From Limisphaerales bacterium (GTDB taxonomy: Bacteria; Verrucomicrobiota; Verrucomicrobiia; Limisphaerales; UBA11358): 64,000 nucleotides of DNA. Numbering within the stretch: the stretch's first letter is position 1; every line of letters begins with the position of its first letter. The notes under the pieces are model-generated. The model saw nothing but the letters and a program-made list of their open reading frames with translations, did no database searches and had not been told where the DNA came from. A program made the translations under genes and the position numbers. Below are positions 1-9,314 of this stretch, piece by piece. The stretch is taken from positions 38,169-102,168 of the forward strand of contig JBKQOA010000010.1 of NCBI GenBank assembly GCA_052145735.1. Direction: 5' to 3'.

Positions 1-412
1 CACCATTTTGAATTGTCGGGGCGGTGACATTGTGCAGGTGCGTGCCGACAAGATCAAGGGTTGGATCCCAGCCGCCATAATCAGAGCGCAAGGTAAAAAG
101 CTGGATTTGTGGATTATAGCGCGAAATCTGCACGTCCAGATTATGCTGCAAAACCTCCCGGATACAGTCTTCCAATGACATCGGCCGGGTCGCCCCGGCA
201 ACCACCAGATTAGTCAGGGTGGCGACTGGGTTAATGCCTAGGGGAGTGGTGACCATGTTTGTCTCCGACGGAGTGGCGGGCGCATTGGTGGCCGGTTGAA
301 CGGCTGGAGCGTTGGTGCCGGCTGCCGGAGTGGCCGGCGCATTGGTATCCGTCTGGGCCGCGGCTGACACGGCCACCAGAATCAAGGCCAAAAGAAAGCT
401 GAACCATTTCAT
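1..412 (-). CDS. TolC-family outer membrane efflux protein, N-terminal part (gene continues beyond window start)
   Basis: Not in the ORF track because there is no stop in the window. Manual translation from ATG at 412..410 gives the signal peptide MKWFSFLLALILVAVSAAAQ, then TNAPATP-type low complexity, then MSLEDCIREVLQHNLDVQISRYNPQ, typical of the first TolC/OEP repeat. Confidence 0.55.
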   Translation of the reverse strand, partial: MKWFSFLLALILVAVSAAAQTDTNAPATPAAGTNAPAVQPATNAPATPSETNMVTTPLGINPVATLTNLVVAGATRPMSLEDCIREVLQHNLDVQISRYNPQIQLFTLRSDYGGWDPTLDLVGTHLHNVTAPTIQNG

Positions 413-551
413 GCTGCTGCCATTTTGCGATATTTGCCGAAATTTTTCAAATTCAAGACGCACCGGCGCCCGTCACAGGTAACCGTTTGGTTAATTAGAC
501 CACACCGGTAAAAAAGTCACGCACTACCTTCAAATTTGCGGCGGCCCCACT

Positions 552-1874
552 TCAACCAGCTTTCGCGCCGGCCGCGGGCACTTGCTCGATTTTGGCGTTT
601 TGTTCGAGGAACGCGAGCACTTTTTCGTGCGCGATCTGGTCGTACAGTTCCGCCACGCCGTTGCGCTTCTGGAGGTCCTTGAGGAATTTTTCCAGCGGAA
701 TCTGGTACGCCACGGCCAGCGACTGCACCCGCTTCAAGACCTCGTCCTGCGAGACCTGGATGCCTTCCTTTTCGGCGATGCGCTGGACCAGGAACGACAA
801 TTTCACACGCTCCTTGGCGCTCTGGGCCGCGGCGGAGTAGATTTCGTCCTTTTGCTTTTCGATCAAATCGCGCGCCACGCCGCGCTGGGTGTTTTCGCGG
901 ACGATGTCATAGACCACGTTGCGCGTCTCGTGCGCCACGGCGGTTTCCGGCAGGTCAAAGTTGGTGGCCTGGAGCAGCGCCCGGATGATCTGGCTGCGCA
1001 CGGCCTTGGCCTGCGAATATTTCAATTCATTTTCCAGGTCGCGCTGCACGCCCTCGCGAAGCTTCGCCAGGGTTTCCGCGTCGAATTTTTTGGCAAAGGC
1101 ATCGTCCAGCGCCGGCAGAATTTTTTCCTTCACCTCGACGACTTCGACCTCGTAAACGCCCTTTTTGCCCGCGAGCTGTTTGGTCACGAAGTCGGCGGGG
1201 AAATCCACGTTGACCGTGCGTTTGTCGCCCGCCTTGGCGCCGATGAGTTGGTCGGCAAAACCGGGAAGGAATGAACCCGGAGCGGCGTCCACCCAGAAAT
1301 TCTTCTGCCCGGTCAGGCCCTTGGCCGTCGGCGCGGTGTCGGTGATGGGTTTGCCGTCGCACGTGCCGGTGTAATTGACCACCGCGATGTCGCCCGTTTT
1401 CAGTTCGCGCGCGACCGTCTCAAATTTCGTATGCTGCTGCGCCAGCAGCCCGATGGCGCGGTCCACGTCCTCCGGCGCGACCGATTTTGCCTCGCGCCTG
1501 GCCGGCAGCCCCTTGTATTCCGGCAGTTGGAATTCCGGCTCGGTCTCGAGGGTGGCGGCGAATTGCAGCGCCTGCCCGCGGCCAAACTGGATTTCCTCGA
1601 TGTCCGGGTAGCCGACCGCGGCGATCTTCTTTTCGTCCAGCGCTTTCCGATAATGGTCCCCGATGAGCTTGCGTTTGACCTCGACCTTGATGTCGGCTTC
1701 GTATTTTTTGAGCACGAGGTTGCGCGGCGCCTTGCCGGGACGGAACCCGGGCAGGGCCGCCTGCTTTTGAAAGTCCTTGGTGACGGTCTCGAACGCTTCG
1801 TCCACGGCCTGCGCGTCCACTTCCACCCGCAGCAATTTCTTGCACGGGGCCAGATTTTCGACGGTGATGTTCAC
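552..1874 (-). CDS. tig: trigger factor
   Basis: 440-aa ORF. The N-terminal ribosome-binding region (MNITVENLAPCKKLLRVEV...GFRPGKAP), central PPIase-like region and C-terminal helical arm fit trigger factor architecture. Confidence 0.93.
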   Translation of the reverse strand: MNITVENLAPCKKLLRVEVDAQAVDEAFETVTKDFQKQAALPGFRPGKAPRNLVLKKYEADIKVEVKRKLIGDHYRKALDEKKIAAVGYPDIEEIQFGRGQALQFAATLETEPEFQLPEYKGLPARREAKSVAPEDVDRAIGLLAQQHTKFETVARELKTGDIAVVNYTGTCDGKPITDTAPTAKGLTGQKNFWVDAAPGSFLPGFADQLIGAKAGDKRTVNVDFPADFVTKQLAGKKGVYEVEVVEVKEKILPALDDAFAKKFDAETLAKLREGVQRDLENELKYSQAKAVRSQIIRALLQATNFDLPETAVAHETRNVVYDIVRENTQRGVARDLIEKQKDEIYSAAAQSAKERVKLSFLVQRIAEKEGIQVSQDEVLKRVQSLAVAYQIPLEKFLKDLQKRNGVAELYDQIAHEKVLAFLEQNAKIEQVPAAGAKAG

Positions 1875-1978
1875 AATAATACCCGCGGTCAGCGGGTCGG
1901 GCAGAGTAGCCGACCCGCGCGGATTTCGTCAATGGTTTTGATGGCTTGCTCGTGTCGTTTCCGCTTTGATGGTGCGGC

Positions 1979-2650
1979 ATGAAGCGAACGTTTTTCATCA
2001 CCGGCACGGACACCGGTGTCGGCAAAACCGTGCTGGCCGCGCTGCTGGCGCGCCATTTGCGCCGGCAAGGGATCAACGCGGTGGCGCTCAAACCGGTCAG
2101 TTCCGGCGGGCGCGATGACGCCCGCGCACTCCACGCCGCCTTGGACGGCGTGCTCACGCTGAAGGAAATCAACCCGTGGTACTTTCGCGCGTCCGTCGCT
2201 CCGTTGCTCGCCGCCCGTCGCGAGCGCCGGCGGGTCCGGCTGGCTGAGGTGCTCGCGCACGTCCGCATCATGCAAAAACGTTTTGAGATGGTGCTGGTTG
2301 AAGGCGCCGGCGGTTTGTTGGGTCCGCTCGGGAAAAATTTCGATTCACGCGATTTGATCGCCGCCTTGCGCGCGATACCCGTCATCCTTGTGCCAAACCG
2401 GCTGGGTGCGGTGAACCACGTCCGGCTGACATTGGAATCGCTGCCGAAAACTTTCCGCGCGCAGGCAAGAATCGTTTTGGTGTCGCCGGCAAAACCGGAT
2501 TCCGCCACCGCCTCGAATGCAAAATTGCTGGAGCACTTTGTTCCGTCGGCAAAAATCTTCGGGCTGCCGTGGTTCAAAGAAAATTTGTCTCCCGCACGAC
2601 TGTTGGAGACACCACAGGTCAAACGAACGCTGGCCGGATTGGTTGATTAA
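1979..2650 (+). CDS. bioD: dethiobiotin synthase
   Basis: 223-aa ORF with FFITGTDTGVGKTV P-loop, LKPVSSGG and EGAGGLL motifs. Confidence 0.88.
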   Translation: MKRTFFITGTDTGVGKTVLAALLARHLRRQGINAVALKPVSSGGRDDARALHAALDGVLTLKEINPWYFRASVAPLLAARRERRRVRLAEVLAHVRIMQKRFEMVLVEGAGGLLGPLGKNFDSRDLIAALRAIPVILVPNRLGAVNHVRLTLESLPKTFRAQARIVLVSPAKPDSATASNAKLLEHFVPSAKIFGLPWFKENLSPARLLETPQVKRTLAGLVD

Positions 2651-2680
2651 AAAACAGCCAGGTTGCCACGGTACAAAACC

Positions 2681-3718
2681 TCAAGGTGATTTTGGCGGAA
2701 CCCCGCCCGCCGGCGGGAACACGGAGTGAAGAATATCGGTGTCCCACTGGCGCGTTTCCCGTTTGTAAATCCACATGTCGCCGCCGTCGTCCCAGATGGC
2801 CTGGGCAAAACCGCGGGCGGCGGCCTGGCTGGAAACGAAACCGTAATAGTTTGACCGCGAAGCCGGGTCGCACTTCCGGCTCGTTCCATATTCGCCCAGA
2901 TAAATTGGAACCCGGTGGGCATCGGACCACTGCTTGATGGGATTCATGGTGTGGAGGCAGGCCGCTTTTTGGGTCTCGGAGCCCCATTTGGCTTCGGCGG
3001 GATTGCGCGGTTCGCCACAGACAAAAAACCACGGATCGTAGCAATGGTAGGTCGCGATGACGCGGTCATCCGGCGGCATTTTCAGCTCCTTCACGAGGCG
3101 GCGGCCGTTGTCGCCGATGGCCCCGATGATCACACAACGCGTCGGGTTGGTTTCGCGGATGATTTTGAGAATGCGCTCGTTCATTTCGGTTGTCAGCGCC
3201 GGCGTGATGGTTTTTTCGTCGGATTCGTTCAGGATTTCAAGCACCAGAAGCTCGTCCGGCACGTCCTTGAACCGGGTCGCAATCTGGCGCCACAACTCTT
3301 CGAACCGTTTCATCTGTCCGGCAGGATCCTTTTTGAACCAATCCTCGTGATGCGCGTTCAGTACCACGATCAGCTGGCGATCGACCGCCCAGCCGACGAC
3401 TTCCGCGATACGGTCCATGAATCCGGCATCCACGGAAACCGGCCCGTTGGTCGTCATATGCTTCCCCCAGGTCACCGGCAGGCGCACGTGCTTGAACCCG
3501 GCCGCCTTGAAATCGTCGAAGAACGCGGGTTGCGCCGGCGCCTTACACCACGTTCCCTCGCCGTCCGGCGCGTCAAAGGTGTTGCCCAAATTGATGCCAT
3601 AACCCATTCGGGCCACTTCCTCCACGGCGGTCGGTGAACTGGCGAAACCGCGGCTGGGAAACAAGCCCATCAGCAACAGGAGAGCCGGACACACAAGACA
3701 ATATTTTTTATTCTTCAT
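2681..3718 (-). CDS. secreted glycoside hydrolase family 5 (endoglucanase-like)
   Basis: 345-aa ORF with signal peptide MKNKKYCLVCPALLLLMGLFPSRGFA. Contains GINLGNTFDAP, VRLPVTWGKH, VVLNAHHEDWF and LEILNESDE (catalytic NE) motifs. Confidence 0.82.
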   Translation of the reverse strand: MKNKKYCLVCPALLLLMGLFPSRGFASSPTAVEEVARMGYGINLGNTFDAPDGEGTWCKAPAQPAFFDDFKAAGFKHVRLPVTWGKHMTTNGPVSVDAGFMDRIAEVVGWAVDRQLIVVLNAHHEDWFKKDPAGQMKRFEELWRQIATRFKDVPDELLVLEILNESDEKTITPALTTEMNERILKIIRETNPTRCVIIGAIGDNGRRLVKELKMPPDDRVIATYHCYDPWFFVCGEPRNPAEAKWGSETQKAACLHTMNPIKQWSDAHRVPIYLGEYGTSRKCDPASRSNYYGFVSSQAAARGFAQAIWDDGGDMWIYKRETRQWDTDILHSVFPPAGGVPPKSP

Positions 3719-3801
3719 GGCAACAGGATTTCGGAGAACTTATCCAGCCGTGGAACACCATGGCAAATCAATTAATTTGACGGGTAGTGTTCTGATTTGC
3801 C

Positions 3802-3849
3802 GTAGCGTCGAGGCTGTGGCTCGATATCGGCGCACAGCGCCGACACTAC
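3802..3849. repeat. nested GC-rich hairpin in the GH5 / TMTC-like intergenic spacer
   Basis: gtagcgtcg (3802-3810) pairs with cgacactac (3841-3849). An inner perfect stem cggcgc-aca-gcgccg lies at 3828-3842. Confidence 0.5.
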
Positions 3850-3922
3850 AACAACCGAATTAGGACATTACCATTTAAAGCAAAGGCCAGGTGACAGCGA
3901 AGCACCGAATCAGGGGGAAAGG

Positions 3923-5866
3923 TCAATTTTTAACGGGTGCGTTGGTGGCCCGGAATGATTCACGCCAGGGCTGGTGATTTTTGTAGAGCTCCAATCGTTG
4001 TTGCAGGGGCTCAAGTTTGTTCATTTTCGCGGCGGCGGCCAGGTCAATGGCCTGTTGGGCGGCTTGTTGCGCCTCGTCAAAACGGCCGACTTCCGCGCAA
4101 GCCATGCCCAGCACATCGAGCACGAACGGTTGCGTGCCGCCGCTCAGGATGTTGGCCTTGATGGCGAATACCAGCGCGGCTTTCCCGTCACGAACCTCCG
4201 GATTTTGTTCAGCCGCCAGCACGTGGGCGGTATAAGCGAGGGTTTGAAAATTGTCCGGTTCAATCCGCAGCGCCTGGCGAAATTCTTCAATCGCCTCGGC
4301 GTCGCGTCCTTCTTTTAGCAGCACGCTGCCGAGAACGTTGTGCGCGTGCGCCTGGTTCGGATCGAGCTGGACGGCTTTGCGCAGTTCCGGCAGGGCCTCG
4401 GCCGGCTGGCCCATTTTATCGAGCAGGTTGCCAATGTTAAAATGGGCCGCGACGCTGTCGGGATCAATGCGCGCCGCTTCGTGGTATTGGACGAGAGCCC
4501 CGGCAAACTGTCCTTCCTGCTCGAGGGCCACGCCGTAATCAATATGGGCGTTGATATTGTCATCCGTTACCGCGAGGGCGTGGGCAAAGAGCGATTTGCT
4601 GTCATGCCAGTAACGCAACTGGTTTTCGGTGAGCACCAGGCACGCGGCCAGCGCCAGGGCGGCGGCGGCGATGACGGCGGGTTTCGGCAATTGAAACCGG
4701 CCGGTCAGATCGCGGACGCCGAACGTTACCGCAATAAAAATGCCAACCAGGGGAAAATAGGTGTAGCGATCCGCCAGCGCCGCGCTGCCGACCTGTACTA
4801 GGCCGATGACGGGCACCAGTGTTCCCAAAAACCAGAGCCAGCCGATCAGCAAGAAGGGATATGGCCGTCGCGTCCGCCAGACGAGCCAGGAAATCGTGCC
4901 CAGCACGGCGACGGCCATTGCTGTCATGGCCCGGATCCAGGACAAATGCTTGGGCAACGGGTAGAAAATGGCCAGTGGCCAGGGCCAGATCATTTTGGCC
5001 AGGTACCGTTCATAGGAAATCAGCGCGTTGGCGGCCCGCAATTTCAGCGGAAATTGTTCGAGTGTCATGACCGCCGCATCGTGGCGTTGGGCCCAAAAGG
5101 TGACGACGCACGAAATCACGACCAGCAGAAAGAACGGCCATTTTTCCAGCGCCAGGCGCACCAAATCCGGAAACCGGAATCCGGAAACCGGAATCCGGCG
5201 CAGCGGCCACCAGTCCAACAGCAGCATGACGAACGGGAGGGTGACCAGCATCGGCTTGGCCATGAGCCCGAGGGCAAAGAAAAACAAAGCGAGCCAGTAG
5301 AAACGTGACGTGTGACAGGTGACACGTGACAGGGCAGAAGCCGGGTCGGCTGTTTCTGTTCTTGTCACTTGCCACTTGCCACCTGTCACACGTTGCGCGT
5401 AGCGCACGTAGGCCAGCAGGGTCAGCAGCGCGAAGAACGTGCTCAAGACGTCCTTGCGCTCGGCAATCCAGGCGACGGATTCCACGTGGAGCGGATGCCA
5501 GGCAAACAGGGCGGCGACGAACGCCGCCGGCCACAATGCGCCGGTCAGGCGGAACAGCAAACCGAAAAGCAGGGCTGCGTTCATGGCGTGCAGCAATACG
5601 TTGACCGAGTGATGCGCCCCGGCATTGAGACCGAAGAGTTCGCAGTCGGTCATGTGCGAGAGCCAGGTGAGCGGATGCCAGTTGCCGCCATGCCCGGTGG
5701 TGAAGGCCCATTGGACTCCGGGCCACGAAAGGCCGTTTTGAACGACAGGATTTTCCGTCACGTAGGTGTTATCGTCATAAACCACAAACCCGCTATGCGT
5801 CACCGGCAGGTAAACCAGCAACGTGACCAAGGCGAGCAGCAGACCGATGAGGCGCGGCCGGGACAT
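3923..5866 (-). CDS. TMTC/PMT-like GT-C membrane protein with C-terminal TPR repeats (paralog 1)
   Basis: ATG at 5866 (MSRPRLIGLLLALVTLLVYLPVTHSGFVVYDDNTYV). The N-terminal half is polytopic and the C-terminal half carries several TPR-like repeats. The longer track ORF (to 5902) adds only 12 aa. Confidence 0.7.
   Translation of the reverse strand: MSRPRLIGLLLALVTLLVYLPVTHSGFVVYDDNTYVTENPVVQNGLSWPGVQWAFTTGHGGNWHPLTWLSHMTDCELFGLNAGAHHSVNVLLHAMNAALLFGLLFRLTGALWPAAFVAALFAWHPLHVESVAWIAERKDVLSTFFALLTLLAYVRYAQRVTGGKWQVTRTETADPASALSRVTCHTSRFYWLALFFFALGLMAKPMLVTLPFVMLLLDWWPLRRIPVSGFRFPDLVRLALEKWPFFLLVVISCVVTFWAQRHDAAVMTLEQFPLKLRAANALISYERYLAKMIWPWPLAIFYPLPKHLSWIRAMTAMAVAVLGTISWLVWRTRRPYPFLLIGWLWFLGTLVPVIGLVQVGSAALADRYTYFPLVGIFIAVTFGVRDLTGRFQLPKPAVIAAAALALAACLVLTENQLRYWHDSKSLFAHALAVTDDNINAHIDYGVALEQEGQFAGALVQYHEAARIDPDSVAAHFNIGNLLDKMGQPAEALPELRKAVQLDPNQAHAHNVLGSVLLKEGRDAEAIEEFRQALRIEPDNFQTLAYTAHVLAAEQNPEVRDGKAALVFAIKANILSGGTQPFVLDVLGMACAEVGRFDEAQQAAQQAIDLAAAAKMNKLEPLQQRLELYKNHQPWRESFRATNAPVKN
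5303..5393. repeat. in-frame palindromic element inside TMTC-like paralog 1
   Basis: Four GTGACNN heptamers at 5305-5332. The inverted arm ttgtcac/ttgccac/ttgccac/ctgtcac lies at 5362-5389. A perfect 13-bp inverted repeat cgtgtgacaggtg (5309-5321) pairs with cacctgtcacacg (5380-5392). The element encodes VTGGKWQVTRTETADPASALSRVTCHTS. Confidence 0.75.
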
Positions 5867-5920
5867 CGGGCTCCTTTGTAGGCGATTTTTCCGGCGCGGC
5901 AAGGACGGAAATGGCCGCTT

Positions 5921-7969
5921 TTAATGTTTTGGCAATCCGGACGGCGGGGTGTTGGTGGCCAAAAATGATTCACGCCAGGGCTGATGGTTCCGGTAAAGTT
6001 CCAGCCGTTGTTGCAACGGCGCGAGATTTTTCATCCCGGCCGTGGCGGCGAGGTTGATGGCTCTTTGCGTTGCTTCCCGGGCCTCGTCGTAACGGCCGGC
6101 CTCCGCGCAGGCCATGCCCAGCGCATCGAGCACGAACGGTTGGGCGCCGCCGCTCAATACATCCGCCCGAATCGCATATCCCCGGGCGGCTTCGCCGTCG
6201 CGGACCTCCGGCTTTTCGTCGTCGGCCAGCACACAAGCCAGGCGGGCGAGGATCTGGAAATTGTCCGGATCGAGGCGCACCGCCTCGCGGAACTCGTCAA
6301 TGGCCCCGGCATCCCGGCCTTGTTTGAGCAGCGCGTTGCCCATTTGGAAATGCGGCCACGGGGAAGCGGGATCGAGTTGCGCGGCGTTGATGAATTCGTT
6401 CATGGCCTCGGCGAACCGGCCGAGTTCCACGAACACAATCCCGACACCATCGTGCAGGGTGGGAGAATTTGGTTTGAGTTGCAGGGCCAGTCGGTATTCA
6501 GCCAGCGCCGCCTCCGGCTGGCCCAGGTCGTCCAGCACACTGCCCAGGTTGCCATGCGCGCGGGAGTAACCGGGCAACAGCCGGGCAGCTGCACGATATT
6601 CGGCCAGCGCCTCATCCAATCTGCCTTCATCTTGGAATTCCGTGCCCAGGTTGAGTTGCGCCATGCCGTTGTCTTTCGTCACCGCGAGCGCATGGCGGAA
6701 CAACGATCCGCTGTCCTGCCAGCAACCCAGCTGGCGTTCGGTGAGAACCAAACAACCGGCGAGCGCCAAAACGGCTGCTGCGGTGACGACGACCTTTGGA
6801 ACTCGAAATCGGGCCGCCAGATCGCGGACACCGAACACTACCGCAATGAAAATGCCAACCAAGGGAAGATAAGTGTAACGATCCGCCAAAGCCGCAATCC
6901 CGACTGGCACCAGGCCAATCACCGGCACGAGCGTGCCCAAAAACCAGAGCCAGCCGACCAGCCAGCAGGGGCTGTGCCCGCGCACCCGCCAGGCGGCGGC
7001 CGAAAGGAGGATCAAAACCGCTGCGGCGGACAGGACGGCAAACCAGGAAATGGCCGGGCGCAGCGGGTAGATGACCGCCAGATTCACCGGCCAGATCGTT
7101 TTCAGCAGATACTCTGCATAAGCCGTCAGCGAGTTTTCAAGGCGGAGACCCGCCGGATAATTTTCCAGCGGGACAATCGCTTCACCGTTCCGTTGCGCGA
7201 CAAAAGTCACCATACACGAAAGGCCTGCGAGCAAAAAAAAAGGCCATTTTTCCAAAACCAAACGCAAAACGAACCCCGGCCGCCGGTCCCCGGTCATGAG
7301 CCGCAGCGGCCAGTAATCCAGCAGCAACATCACGAATGGCAACGTGACCAGCATGGGTTTGGCCATGAGGCCGAAGGCAAAGAAAACCAGGGCGAGCCAG
7401 TAGAAACGTGACGTGTGACAGGTGACGTGTGACAGGGCAGAAGCCGGGTCGGCTGTTTCTGTTCTTGTCACCTGCCACTGGCCACCTGTCACACGTTGCG
7501 CGTAGCGCACGTAGGCCAGCAGGGCCAGCCAGGCGAAGAACGTGCTCAAGACATCCTTGCGTTCGGAAATCCAGGCGACGGACTCCACGTGGAGGGGATG
7601 CCAGGCGAACAGCGCGGCGACAAAGGCGCTGGGCCACAAGGCCCCCGTCAACCGGAAGAGCAGTGCGAAAAGCAGTGCCGCGTTCAGGGCGTGGAAGAGG
7701 GTGTTAACCACATGATGCGCGCCGGCATTCAGGCCGAACAGGGAACAGTCGGTCATGTGTGAGAGCCAGGTGAGCGGATGCCAGTTGCTGGCGTGCCCGG
7801 TGGTGAAGGCCCATTCGACCCCGGCCCAGGTCAGGCCGTTCTGGACGACACGGTTTTCCGTGACATAGTCGTTGTCGTCATAATTCACAAAGCCGTGATG
7901 CGCCACCGGCAGGTAAACCAGCAGTGTGCCAAGTGCGAGGAGCAGGGCGGTGAGTTTCGGACGGGACAT
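5921..7969 (-). CDS. TMTC/PMT-like GT-C membrane protein with C-terminal TPR repeats (paralog 2)
   Basis: ATG at 7969 (MSRPKLTALLLALGTLLVYLPVAHHGFVNYDDNDYV). The N-terminal membrane domain is highly similar to paralog 1, while the TPR region is more diverged and longer. Confidence 0.7.
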   Translation of the reverse strand: MSRPKLTALLLALGTLLVYLPVAHHGFVNYDDNDYVTENRVVQNGLTWAGVEWAFTTGHASNWHPLTWLSHMTDCSLFGLNAGAHHVVNTLFHALNAALLFALLFRLTGALWPSAFVAALFAWHPLHVESVAWISERKDVLSTFFAWLALLAYVRYAQRVTGGQWQVTRTETADPASALSHVTCHTSRFYWLALVFFAFGLMAKPMLVTLPFVMLLLDYWPLRLMTGDRRPGFVLRLVLEKWPFFLLAGLSCMVTFVAQRNGEAIVPLENYPAGLRLENSLTAYAEYLLKTIWPVNLAVIYPLRPAISWFAVLSAAAVLILLSAAAWRVRGHSPCWLVGWLWFLGTLVPVIGLVPVGIAALADRYTYLPLVGIFIAVVFGVRDLAARFRVPKVVVTAAAVLALAGCLVLTERQLGCWQDSGSLFRHALAVTKDNGMAQLNLGTEFQDEGRLDEALAEYRAAARLLPGYSRAHGNLGSVLDDLGQPEAALAEYRLALQLKPNSPTLHDGVGIVFVELGRFAEAMNEFINAAQLDPASPWPHFQMGNALLKQGRDAGAIDEFREAVRLDPDNFQILARLACVLADDEKPEVRDGEAARGYAIRADVLSGGAQPFVLDALGMACAEAGRYDEAREATQRAINLAATAGMKNLAPLQQRLELYRNHQPWRESFLATNTPPSGLPKH
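7406..7496. repeat. in-frame palindromic element inside TMTC-like paralog 2 (same element as 5303-5393)
   Basis: gtgacgt/gtgacag/gtgacgt/gtgacag heptamers at 7408-7435. The inverted arm ends in cacctgtcacacg (7483-7495). Encodes VTGGQWQVTRTETADPASALSHVTCHTS. Confidence 0.75.
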
Positions 7970-8144
7970 GGCGCGTTGGAACCGGTTTTTCGCACCACCA
8001 GAGTGGAGACAATTCCCGGTTTTTTCCAATAAAAAGGCATTGCATTTTTCCACCGGGCAGGCAGTATGGGCGCGGCAGGAAACAGCTCGACTACCTGCCG
8101 CTTGGCCGCAACATCGGTTCCTCACGACCAGGAAAATTGTCAGC

Positions 8145-8873
8145 ATGATTAACGGATACGTGTGCACTGTCGTGGGGGCCGCTTCCAATCAAGCGGAACT
8201 CATCTATGTCTGGGAGCAGGCGAGGCCGGAAGCGAAGGCCATCATCTTCCTGCTCATTGCCTTTTCCATCATCGCCTGGTCCACGATGTTCTACAAGGCC
8301 GCGCAGATGCGGCGCGCGCGGAGGCTGAACCACTATTTCAACGAGGAATTCCGTGCGCAAAAAGCCGTGCTCGATATTTTCGACCGCAAACTGCAGGTCG
8401 AGGGCTGCCCGCTCTATTCGGTCTATCAAACCGGCTGCGTGCAGCTCGACGCGCGGTTGCGCGGCCCCGGCGGCGAACGGCGCAAACAGAGCGTCACGCT
8501 CAAGAACATGGAGCACGTCAAACGCGCCATTGAAAATGTCGTCGCGCAGGAATCGTTGAAGCTGGAGTCGGGTTTGATCCTGCTCGCCATCGCGGTGAGC
8601 GGGGCGCCCTTCATGGGATTGCTCGGCACGGTCTGGGGGGTGATGAGCACGTTCGCCGGCATCGCGCAACAAGGTTCGGCGACCATGGCGGCGATGGCTC
8701 CCGGTGTGGCCGCGGCGCTGATTACGACGGTGGCCGGCCTGCTGGTGGCGATACCCTCGATGTTTGCTTACAATTGGCTGGTACACAACCTGCGGGTGTT
8801 TACCGTCAATCTGGACAATTTCGCGCAGGAACTCGTCTCCAAAATGGAGGCGGAATATCTGGCGGAGGAATAA
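8145..8873 (+). CDS. tolQ: MotA/TolQ/ExbB proton-channel protein
   Basis: ATG at 8145 (MINGYV...). Three TM segments and the conserved C-terminal GAPFMGLLGTVWGVM...MAPGVAAALITTVAGLLVAIP. It is the first gene of a tolR-tolB-pal cluster. Confidence 0.85.
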   Translation: MINGYVCTVVGAASNQAELIYVWEQARPEAKAIIFLLIAFSIIAWSTMFYKAAQMRRARRLNHYFNEEFRAQKAVLDIFDRKLQVEGCPLYSVYQTGCVQLDARLRGPGGERRKQSVTLKNMEHVKRAIENVVAQESLKLESGLILLAIAVSGAPFMGLLGTVWGVMSTFAGIAQQGSATMAAMAPGVAAALITTVAGLLVAIPSMFAYNWLVHNLRVFTVNLDNFAQELVSKMEAEYLAEE

Positions 8874-8884
8874 ATTTTGCGGCT

Positions 8885-9298
8885 ATGCGACGGTTTTCAC
8901 AACGCGGCGGGCTCGTGACGTTGAGTGAGATCAACATCACGCCGTTGCTCGACCTTGCGTTCGTGCTGCTCATCATCTTCGTCATCACCACGCCGCTGCT
9001 CGAGCAAAGCATCAACCTCAAACTGCCGCATGGCGGCCAGCCGGACCAGCGGATTGACAAACGTAACATCCGTACTGTGGAAATTAGCGGCACCGGCGTT
9101 TACGCACTCGACAAGCAACGCATGAGCCTGGAGCAATTGATCGCGCGGCTGGCGGGGGAGTTCCGTTCGAACCCGAACGTCATCGTTTACATCCGCGCCG
9201 ACCAGGACGGTCCCTATAAAAACGTTGCGGCGTTGATTGACGGCTGCCAGCGCGGCGGCATCACGCGCTATTCGTTGCGGACCGAACCGACCAAATGA
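8885..9298 (+). CDS. tolR: ExbD/TolR biopolymer transport protein
   Basis: ATG at 8885. SEINITPLLDLAFVLLIIFVITTP TM signature with a periplasmic ExbD-type domain. Confidence 0.85.
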   Translation: MRRFSQRGGLVTLSEINITPLLDLAFVLLIIFVITTPLLEQSINLKLPHGGQPDQRIDKRNIRTVEISGTGVYALDKQRMSLEQLIARLAGEFRSNPNVIVYIRADQDGPYKNVAALIDGCQRGGITRYSLRTEPTK

Positions 9299-9314
9299 AC
9301 CGCCTGCAAAAAAA

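Noticed and set aside
240-360. TNAPATP-type triple repeat near the N-terminus of the partial TolC-like protein.
   Set aside because: It is an ordinary low-complexity linker after the signal peptide. The gene is truncated by the window edge, so nothing further can be concluded.
5984-7411. Long antisense or alternative-frame ORFs opposite real genes. Examples: 5984-7411 (+), 1420-2622 (-), 18035-19375 (+), 20463-22148 (+), 24800-25990 (+), 39539-40453 (-), 43599-45080 (-), 49943-51478 (-) and 51183-52592 (+).
   Set aside because: Their translations are Arg/Gly/Ala/Pro-rich low-complexity sequences with no motifs. Each lies opposite a gene with clear family signatures. These are typical shadow ORFs of GC-rich DNA.
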